Positions 24,927-32,000 of a stretch of DNA of 32,000 bases are shown in pieces. Below the pieces are notes generated by a model. That model was not told the DNA's origin and did not search any database. It saw nothing but the letters and a program-made list of their open reading frames with translations. Every line of letters begins with the position of its first letter. The first letter of the stretch is position 1. The translations under genes were made by a program, and so were the position numbers. Source of the DNA: Nostoc punctiforme PCC 73102 (GTDB lineage Bacteria; Cyanobacteriota; Cyanobacteriia; Cyanobacteriales; Nostocaceae); contig NC_010628.1 in the NCBI RefSeq assembly GCF_000020025.1, forward strand, positions 330,001 through 362,000. The letters are read 5' to 3'.

Positions 24927-25076
24927 TTTTGCTTCTCCCAATACAGCGAAATACTAAGGATAGAATATCCTAAAGGGCGACACTGACACTTTCTTATTAT
25001 TTTTAAGCTAGCAGAAATTGCAACATTTTAGTCATTTGTCCTTCATCTAAGTACCGATGACTAATGACTCTTAACT

Positions 25077-27773
25077 ATGGATTTAATTCTTTGCCACACA
25101 ACCGCAGATTTTGACGCACTAGGTGCAGCAGTAGGGTTAACGCGCCTACTACCGGGAAGTAAGATTGTGCTGACTGGCGGTTCTCATCCTCCTGTGCGGG
25201 ACTTTTTAGCATTGCATCGGGATGAATATTCGCTAATTGAACGCCGTTCGGTGAATCCTGAAAAAATTCGTTCTCTGACTGTGGTGGATACGCAACAGCG
25301 CGATCGCTTGGGTAAAGCTGCTGAGTGGTTAGATTTACCCCATCTTGGGGAAATTATAGTTTATGACCATCACTTAGGACAAGAATCAGATATTCCTGCC
25401 ACGCGATCGCATATTTCCTCAGTAGGAGCCGCTACAACTTTAATTGTGGAGCAATTGCAACAACAGGAAATTTCCTTGACTTCTGCCGAAGCTACAGTGA
25501 TGGCTTTGGGTATCCACGTTGATACTGGCTCCTTGACCTTTGAGCAGTCGACACCACGGGATGCCTTAGCTTTGGCTTGGTTGATGCAACAAGGTGCTAG
25601 TTTATCGGTAATTTCTACCTACCGTGACCCTGGCTTGTCTTTGCAATTGCAGCAGCTATTAACTGAGGCGTTGGAAAATCTAGAATATCTTTGTCTGCAT
25701 GGATATACAGTTGCTTGGGTAACTCTGAAAACAGATAGTTTTGTGCCAGGGCTATCGAGTTTGGCTTCAGAACTCGTGGAATTAACCGAAATTGATGCCA
25801 TTCTGTTGGCTAATGAGTATCCTTTGAGTGAAAATGACTCACGTTTAACAATAATTGGGCGATCGCAAATTCCCAAAACAAATCTTAATCTATTATTCCA
25901 ACTCTTGGGCGGCGGCGGTCATTCAAAAGCCGCATCACTAAATCTAAGAGGAGTGGATTCACAAGCAATATTAAAACAACTCCTTGATGGAGTAAAAGCA
26001 CAAATTCCCCACCCCCTCACTGCGAGGGATTTGATGTCCTCTCCTGTCCGCACGATTCTGCCTGAAACCACAATTGCCGAAGCCCAGCGTATTTTATTAC
26101 GCTATGGACACTCTGGTTTATCTGTAGTCGATGCCCAAGGGCAGCTAGTAGGTATTATTTCGCGCCGGGATCTTGATATCGCTTTGCACCACGGATTTAG
26201 CCATGCGCCAGTCAAAGGCTACATGACCACGAATCTGAAAACAATTACACCAGATACGACACTGCCACAAATTGAGTCGCTGATGGTGACTTATGATATT
26301 GGACGCTTGCCAGTCTTGGAAAATGGGCAGTTAGTTGGTCTTGTCACTCGTACTGATGTTTTACGCGAATTACATCAAGAAAGGGATGAAGACGGAGGAG
26401 GGGAAGAGGTACAGAGGGGGAAAAGTAATATTAATCTCCCGCAATTGCAAAATAAACTTGCTCCTCAATTATGGCAATTGCTCACCATCGCATCGCAAGA
26501 AGCAGAAAAACGGGGTTGGCATCTTTATCTAGTTGGGGGTGCAGTGCGAGATTTGCTGTTAGCTAAGACAGCAGGTAGCTTGATGATTAAAGATATTGAC
26601 CTAGTAGTTGATGGCTTTCACAAATCAGCAGATGTTGGTGCTGGTGTGGAACTAGCAAAAGCCCTCCAACAACTTTACCCTGCGGCTCGTTTAGAAATCC
26701 ACGGGGCTTTTCAAACTGCTGCTTTGTTGTGGCACAAAGACCCAGAATTAGATTCTCTGTGGGTAGATATTGCCACCGCTAGGACAGAATTTTATCCTTA
26801 CCCAGCTGCGAATCCAGAAGTTGAGGCGAGTTCGATTCGTCAAGACTTGTATCGTCGAGATTTTACTATTAATGCGATCGCTTTGCGGCTCACTTCCCCT
26901 CGTTCCGGTGAGTTACTCGATTTTTTTGGCGGTTTACTCGATTTACAAGCCAAGCAAATTCGGGTTTTATACGCCAACAGCTTTATCGAAGATCCCACCC
27001 GCATTTATCGCGGCGTGCGCTTTGCTGTGCGCTTCGGATTTGAAATTGAACCACAGACTGAAGAGTTTATCCGCTATGCCATCAACAGTGGTGTTTACGA
27101 TCGCACTTCCCAAGAGAATACCAAAACTCCAGCCCTGCAAACTCGACTCAAAACAGAATTAAAACACATCCTAGAAGCGCCCTACTGGAAATCAGCTTTG
27201 CAGTTACTCGATAACTTAGGGGCGTTGCAATGTATCCATCCTACCCTCAAGCTAGATGGGTCACTCCTACGGCAATTACGTTTGTTAGAACGCTGTTTGC
27301 GGCGATTTGATGCTGAACAAACTCTCATTCACTGGCAAATGCGTCTAGAAGCATTAATCGCCCACCTAGCACCTGAATATCGGGTGAAAGTAGCAAAAAA
27401 TCTGCAATTGCAAGAGGATAGCATTCTGAGGTTGAAGAACTTAGTCCAAAGCTTTAGTCAAGTAATAGAATGTTTACCCACTTTGCAACGCCCCAGTCAA
27501 ATAGTACAGTTGTTGCGACAATATGATTTACCAATACTGATTTTAATTGCTTTGCAAAGTCCGCGATCGCTTAGACATCAAATTTGGGAATATTTAACTG
27601 TTTGGGCTAATGTGCAGCCATTATTGAATGGCAATGATTTAAAGAAACTTGGTTACAAACCAGGACCACTGTATCGGCAAATATTAGATGATGTAGTTGC
27701 TGCTACCTTAGATGGAGTCATTAAAGATAGGACTGAAGCTGAGGAGTTTTTAGCACAACACTATCCTAATTGA
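25077..27773 (+). CDS. DHH/DHHA1 phosphoesterase, tandem CBS and tRNA nucleotidyltransferase (CCA-adding / poly(A) polymerase family) fusion protein
   Basis: 898 aa. DHH motifs '[11 protein letters not shown]', 'VYDHH' and '[10 protein letters not shown]'. Two CBS repeats ('GHSGLSVVD', 'IGRLPVLE'). Then nucleotidyltransferase motifs '[11 protein letters not shown]', 'DIDLVV', 'RRDFTINA' and '[12 protein letters not shown]'. Confidence 0.85.
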   Translation: MDLILCHTTADFDALGAAVGLTRLLPGSKIVLTGGSHPPVRDFLALHRDEYSLIERRSVNPEKIRSLTVVDTQQRDRLGKAAEWLDLPHLGEIIVYDHHLGQESDIPATRSHISSVGAATTLIVEQLQQQEISLTSAEATVMALGIHVDTGSLTFEQSTPRDALALAWLMQQGASLSVISTYRDPGLSLQLQQLLTEALENLEYLCLHGYTVAWVTLKTDSFVPGLSSLASELVELTEIDAILLANEYPLSENDSRLTIIGRSQIPKTNLNLLFQLLGGGGHSKAASLNLRGVDSQAILKQLLDGVKAQIPHPLTARDLMSSPVRTILPETTIAEAQRILLRYGHSGLSVVDAQGQLVGIISRRDLDIALHHGFSHAPVKGYMTTNLKTITPDTTLPQIESLMVTYDIGRLPVLENGQLVGLVTRTDVLRELHQERDEDGGGEEVQRGKSNINLPQLQNKLAPQLWQLLTIASQEAEKRGWHLYLVGGAVRDLLLAKTAGSLMIKDIDLVVDGFHKSADVGAGVELAKALQQLYPAARLEIHGAFQTAALLWHKDPELDSLWVDIATARTEFYPYPAANPEVEASSIRQDLYRRDFTINAIALRLTSPRSGELLDFFGGLLDLQAKQIRVLYANSFIEDPTRIYRGVRFAVRFGFEIEPQTEEFIRYAINSGVYDRTSQENTKTPALQTRLKTELKHILEAPYWKSALQLLDNLGALQCIHPTLKLDGSLLRQLRLLERCLRRFDAEQTLIHWQMRLEALIAHLAPEYRVKVAKNLQLQEDSILRLKNLVQSFSQVIECLPTLQRPSQIVQLLRQYDLPILILIALQSPRSLRHQIWEYLTVWANVQPLLNGNDLKKLGYKPGPLYRQILDDVVAATLDGVIKDRTEAEEFLAQHYPN

Positions 27774-27785
27774 AATAGCTCTGGT

Positions 27786-28508
27786 CTAAATTGTATCTGG
27801 ATCGATATTTAACTCCCGCAGTTTTGCTGCTAAACGTTCAGCCTTTTGTTCGGCTTGTTCTGCTTGTTGTTGTGACTGTTCAGCCTTTTGTTCAGCTTGT
27901 TCTGCCGTTTCTTCCGGTGTTGCTACTAGTTGCCCATCTCGCGTAAAAAACCGTAATAAACCTTCATAAACTCCCAAATATAACCCTAGCTGATGACTCC
28001 ACAAATGTCCTTGTTCACTTGCTTGTAGAGGTTGATATTCTCCATCTACTAAATGAAATCCCGCAAATTCTTGTGTATAAGGGTCAAACCAAAAATAATC
28101 GGGTGTACGGAAGGTATCTTGATAAATTGTTTTCTTTAAACCTTTATCAGTATTAGTTGTTGAGTTAGACAAAATTTCTAGAATTACATTCGGATATTTA
28201 CCATCTTCTTCCCAGACTACCCAACTTTTGCGGGTTTTACGTTCAGTTCCCAGCACAACAAAAAAGTCTGGCCCCCGGAAGTATTCCGATTTGCGTTGGC
28301 GCGGACTGTAGTAAATAGTTAGATTTCCCGCCGCATAGAAATCATTTCTATCTCGCCACAACCATTCCAGACATGTTAATAGTAGGATTATTTGCCGTAA
28401 ATGCAGTTCGCTTTCCAAGGGAGGCTCATCACTATATAAATCGCCAGGGGGAAATATAACATCTTGGCGGATGCCTTTTTGATCGTCTAATTCTTGAGCT
28501 ATGGTCAT
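27786..28508 (-). CDS. Uma2 (DUF820) family endonuclease with a C-terminal AEQ-rich coiled coil
   Basis: 240 aa. PD-(D/E)xK-like core 'PDFFVV...VILEILS', typical of cyanobacterial Uma2 proteins. The C-terminal repeat is 'AEQAEQKAEQSQQQAEQAEQKAERLAAKLRE'. Confidence 0.75.
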   Translation of the reverse strand: MTIAQELDDQKGIRQDVIFPPGDLYSDEPPLESELHLRQIILLLTCLEWLWRDRNDFYAAGNLTIYYSPRQRKSEYFRGPDFFVVLGTERKTRKSWVVWEEDGKYPNVILEILSNSTTNTDKGLKKTIYQDTFRTPDYFWFDPYTQEFAGFHLVDGEYQPLQASEQGHLWSHQLGLYLGVYEGLLRFFTRDGQLVATPEETAEQAEQKAEQSQQQAEQAEQKAERLAAKLRELNIDPDTI

Positions 28509-29032
28509 AGAATGGATACGGCATCAAGTATTTATGAATTTATTTTAACAGTCTTGTAGTTAGCGATCGCGCGTACCTAATCGCTTATTTTTAGGGTACA
28601 GGTAAATTGTCCAATTCAGGCTTTATCATCTCAGAACCAATTTCATAAAGATGAATATCTTACCTCTGCGTTCTCTGCGCCTCTGCGGTTAAGAATCTTT
28701 ATTTACCACTGAAAACGAGCGATCGCTACTTTTCCGAGATACCTTTATGCTACATTGTAGTCAATATCAGAACCTCATCAAAACTCCAACGAGATAGCTG
28801 AAATGAAGTAGTACCAAACACCTGTTGCGCCAAAGCAACGAATGTCAACGAAGAATAAATGCAACTAGTTTGACAGGGTTACTTCACATAGCCATGTACT
28901 AAAGATATTGTCATCACTCCTATCTAAATTTAACTGCTTGGCAAGTGTCTACGGCTAATTTTTTTGTGTCTAATATACCCGTAATTGTTATGAACATGCG
29001 GGTGGAAGTTTGCGAATTGAGGTTTGAAAATA

Positions 29033-30667
29033 ATGCAGAAAAAATCAATCTTATTAGCTGAGAATTTAGCCTACGAACTCAGTTTAGCTCAAACTTTGTT
29101 TCAAAAAATACAAGTGAGTATCGAGGCCGGCGATCGCATTGCTTTAGTCGGTCGCAACGGAGTAGGAAAATCAACCCTATTAAAGATACTTGCAGATCAA
29201 ATCAAACCCAGCGTCGGTTCTGTTTGGTCTAATGGTGTTGTCTACTGTTTGCCACAAATCAGCGCTATCAGACAAGAGATTACAGCAGATACAGTACTTG
29301 ATTTTTTGATTTCCATCTCAGATGAATGGTGGAAGATTGAGGAGATTTTGCAAACACAATTCGATACAAATATTAATCTTTATCTACCAATTACTAACTT
29401 GAGTGGTGGAGAACTGACAAAACTATTTATAGCAATCGGATTATCTCAACAGCCCAATTTGCTGTTGCTAGATGAGCCAACTAACCACATGGATTTGCAA
29501 GCTTTAGAAAACTTAAGACAATTTCTGCAAAATTTCACTGGTGCGTTTGTAATTGTCTCACATAAACCTTTTTTTTTAGACCAAGTTACAGATGTTACTT
29601 GGGAACTCACACCTGATGCTTTGAAAGTATATGGAGGAAATTTTTCTCAATATCGAGAACAGAAACAAATCGAACTAGAAGCAGCATTGCGATCGCACGA
29701 AATCGCCAGAAAGGAACTAAAACGTACCCAAACCACAGCTATACAAGAACAGCAACGCGCAGCTCAATCTAGCTGCAACGGTCGCGCCAAGTTTCTTAAT
29801 GGCAGTATTGATAGAATGGCAGCAGGACTAATTAAAAGCAAAGCTGAAGTGTCTACTGGAACTGCGAAAAAGAAACACGAAGCAGCAGTAGCAAAGGCTA
29901 ATGAAAAGGTTGCAGAGACGAAAATCAAAACTACGAAAGTCACAAGTATTCAACTAGAGGAAAAAAATCAAAAGCGCCGAAATCTAATTAATATCCAGGG
30001 TGCAAATCTTAGGGTATCAGAACGTCTATTGATTCAAAATATTCAATTGCATGTATCATCTAGCGATCGCATAGCCATTGTCGGCGCAAATGGTTCTGGT
30101 AAATCGAGTCTGGTAAAGGCTATTTTAGGAATGGAAAACCAAACAATAGTTTTGGACTCAGGTGAGGTTTTGCTTGCACCAGCAATGAAAGCTGTATATC
30201 TCGATCAAACATACGAATTGGTAAATCGACAATACACAATTCTGGAAAATATGCAAGCGGCCAATCCTAGTCTCAGCTATCAGCTTTTGCGTCAACAGTT
30301 GGGACACTTTCTCTTTAAATATGATGACGTTCAAAAAAGCGCCTCTGTCCTGAGCGGGGGTGAATTGGCAAGATTAGCGCTCGCTATGATCGGTATCTCA
30401 GAAATCGATCTGTTGATTCTCGATGAGCCAACTAATAACCTAGATATTGAAACCGTTGAACAAATGGTAGTAGGTATCAATGACTATCAAGGAGCTATTT
30501 GGGTCATTTCCCATGATTTCGATTTTCTCAGTCAGATTAACATTACTCAAAGTTTCAACTTAAAAGAGCAAGCCTTGCAAATTACAACTTATTTACCCAA
30601 TACACCAGAACAATATTATCAAGAGTTAGTGAAATGTCATGATATATGTTATTCCCGATCGGTGTAG
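29033..30667 (+). CDS. ABC-F family ATPase (two ABC domains, no TMD)
   Basis: ATG at 29033 (the track starts at TTG 29024). Two Walker A motifs ('GRNGVGKST', 'GANGSGKSS'), two LSGGE signatures, two 'LLLDEPTN/LILDEPTN' Walker B motifs and a basic interdomain linker. Confidence 0.85.
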   Translation: MQKKSILLAENLAYELSLAQTLFQKIQVSIEAGDRIALVGRNGVGKSTLLKILADQIKPSVGSVWSNGVVYCLPQISAIRQEITADTVLDFLISISDEWWKIEEILQTQFDTNINLYLPITNLSGGELTKLFIAIGLSQQPNLLLLDEPTNHMDLQALENLRQFLQNFTGAFVIVSHKPFFLDQVTDVTWELTPDALKVYGGNFSQYREQKQIELEAALRSHEIARKELKRTQTTAIQEQQRAAQSSCNGRAKFLNGSIDRMAAGLIKSKAEVSTGTAKKKHEAAVAKANEKVAETKIKTTKVTSIQLEEKNQKRRNLINIQGANLRVSERLLIQNIQLHVSSSDRIAIVGANGSGKSSLVKAILGMENQTIVLDSGEVLLAPAMKAVYLDQTYELVNRQYTILENMQAANPSLSYQLLRQQLGHFLFKYDDVQKSASVLSGGELARLALAMIGISEIDLLILDEPTNNLDIETVEQMVVGINDYQGAIWVISHDFDFLSQINITQSFNLKEQALQITTYLPNTPEQYYQELVKCHDICYSRSV

Positions 30668-30807
30668 CTGTCGCTTGTATGTCTGTCAACTCCGCGAATG
30701 ATTGAATTGGCATATATTTCTAACTCTAAATCTCTAACTCTCCAGTAGAAGCCGTAAAGCATACAGGCAAGTTATAATTCTCTTGCGGATCAACGTAACA
30801 AAAATTT

Positions 30808-31134
30808 ATGAGTAACCCACTAGTACAAGCCTTTTTCGTAGGCAGAGCAGTAGCCGAAGTAGTTAATGAGCGTTTAGAGGTCGCCTTGACCGATGCTTTG
30901 AGCGATCTGGGCAAATTTGATGCAGAAGCTAGAGAGCAGTTGCGCCAGTTTACAGAAGAAGTCCTAGAGCGGGCAAATCGGTCAGCAGAAGCAGCTAATT
31001 CTGGTCAAGCTACTACAGGTAGTGGACAAACCAATTCTGATTCAGGTGACTTGCAAGCAGATATTGATGAATTACGAGCAGAAATTGCCTTGTTACGCAC
31101 AGAATTGCAACATTATCGCAGAACTTCTGCGTAA
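30808..31134 (+). CDS. Hypothetical coiled-coil protein
   Basis: 108-aa ORF with good coding appearance. Helical N- and C-terminal segments flank a low-complexity '[16 protein letters not shown]' linker. I recognise no family. Confidence 0.5.
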   Translation: MSNPLVQAFFVGRAVAEVVNERLEVALTDALSDLGKFDAEAREQLRQFTEEVLERANRSAEAANSGQATTGSGQTNSDSGDLQADIDELRAEIALLRTELQHYRRTSA

Positions 31135-31140
31135 ATTTTA

Positions 31141-31207
31141 GTCATTGGTCATTGGTCATTGGTCATTGGTCGAAAATTACTCACAAATGACAAATGACAA
31201 ATGACAC
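31141..31207. repeat. STRR-type heptamer repeats in an inverted arrangement
   Basis: (GTCATTG)x4 at 31141-31171 faces (ACAAATG)x3 at 31183-31207. Six of every seven positions pair. It lies directly after the stop codon of ORF 30808-31134. Confidence 0.85.
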
Positions 31208-31286
31208 TTATGAAAAAACAGTTTAGGAATCAGAGTGTCTTCTTTTTCAAGTGATTCGGTTGCAAACCAACGGTACACAAAAGGAT

Positions 31287-32000
31287 ATGGAACAAGGTTA
31301 TTCAGATAAGGCATACCGTTGGAATCGGGAAAAATACTCTAGCAGACGGCGTTTTGTGGACATTTGGTCTTTTGTCTTGACCTTATTGTTCAAACTTTGG
31401 CTATACAACAAATCTTGGAGTTATCCGGGTGGCGTGACTGAGGTAAAGCAAACTGCAAGACGCAAAACCCAAGCGGTCTGGATTCGCAATACTCTGCTGG
31501 ATTTAGGCCCAACCTTCATCAAAGTTGGGCAACTGTTTTCCACTCGTGCTGATATCTTCCCTGGTGAATATGTAGAAGAACTAGCCAAATTACAAGACAA
31601 AGTACCGGCATTTAGCTATGAGCAAGTAGAAGCGACCATTGAAAAAGAATTAGGCAAAAAAATTCCTGAACTCTTCGATAATTTTGAACCAATTCCCTTA
31701 GCTGCTGCTAGCTTGGGGCAAGTACACAAAGCTGTGCTGCATAGTGGGGAATCGGTTGTTGTTAAGGTGCAACGTCCTGGATTAAAGAAGTTATTTGAAA
31801 TAGATTTACAAATTCTCAAGGGAATTACTCGCTACTTTCAAAACCATCCTAAATGGGGACGTGGAAGAGATTGGTTAGGTATTTATGAAGAATGTTGTCG
31901 CATTCTTTGGGAAGAAATTGATTATCTTAACGAAGGTCGTAACGCCGATACTTTTCGCCGGAATTTTCGCGGCTACGATTGGGTGAACGTCCCAAGAGTA
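31287..32000 (+). CDS. ABC1/UbiB (AarF) family atypical kinase, 3'-truncated by the window end
   Basis: Not in the track because no stop codon is reached. The frame is open from ATG 31287 to 32000: 'MEQGYSDKAYRWNREKY...LGPTFIKVGQLFSTRADIFP...AAASLGQVHKAVL..VVVKVQRPG'. These are the classic ABC1 kinase N-terminal motifs. Confidence 0.85.
   Translation, partial: MEQGYSDKAYRWNREKYSSRRRFVDIWSFVLTLLFKLWLYNKSWSYPGGVTEVKQTARRKTQAVWIRNTLLDLGPTFIKVGQLFSTRADIFPGEYVEELAKLQDKVPAFSYEQVEATIEKELGKKIPELFDNFEPIPLAAASLGQVHKAVLHSGESVVVKVQRPGLKKLFEIDLQILKGITRYFQNHPKWGRGRDWLGIYEECCRILWEEIDYLNEGRNADTFRRNFRGYDWVNVPRV

Noticed and set aside
26335-27162. Internal plus-strand ORFs 26335-26532 and 26770-27162
   Set aside because: They are out of frame within the DHH-CBS-CCA gene, whose own frame carries continuous recognisable motifs through this stretch.

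Overview
This is a chromosomal segment from a filamentous, Nostocales-type cyanobacterium. That call rests on three things: a very high density of HIP1 octamers (GCGATCGC), STRR-type heptamer repeat blocks (GTCATTG / GACAAAG runs) at gene ends, and the PSII small-subunit genes psbK, psbM and psbZ. Most of the window is ordinary core genome: ppk2, a CheB/CheR-PAS pair, miaE, a VOC protein, a PhoX-like secreted protein, a GNAT, comF, cobS, tgt, a 2Fe-2S protein, a tandem USP, phoD, a ProA-like gene, tRNA-Gly(GCC), ribH, a DHH-CBS-CCA-adding enzyme fusion, a Uma2 nuclease, an ABC-F ATPase and a 3'-truncated ABC1 kinase. The clear outlier is 3982-8380 on the minus strand. It is an AT-rich, HIP1-poor block of three translationally coupled genes. 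The first is a NACHT-like STAND NTPase carrying an uncharacterised ~160-aa N-terminal domain. The second is a stand-alone 10-blade WD40 protein whose repeats are nearly identical at the DNA level. The third is a minimal paralogous NACHT-like NTPase. I read this as a split, effector-less STAND/NLR-like module and a candidate novel conflict or immunity system, and it is my top finding. Secondary observations are listed below.
- A ProA-family protein has Val in place of the catalytic Cys and is coupled to a Zn-ribbon membrane protein.
- The CheB/CheR-PAS pair has no kinase, and its coiled coil carries perfect 42-bp repeats.
- A possible Pho box lies upstream of phoD.
- A family of GTAGGGGC...GCCCCTAC palindromes occurs at three sites.
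- A long composite hairpin lies between psbZ and ribH.
All calls come from reading the sequence and the ORF track by eye. No searches were run, and family assignments rest on motifs recalled from memory.
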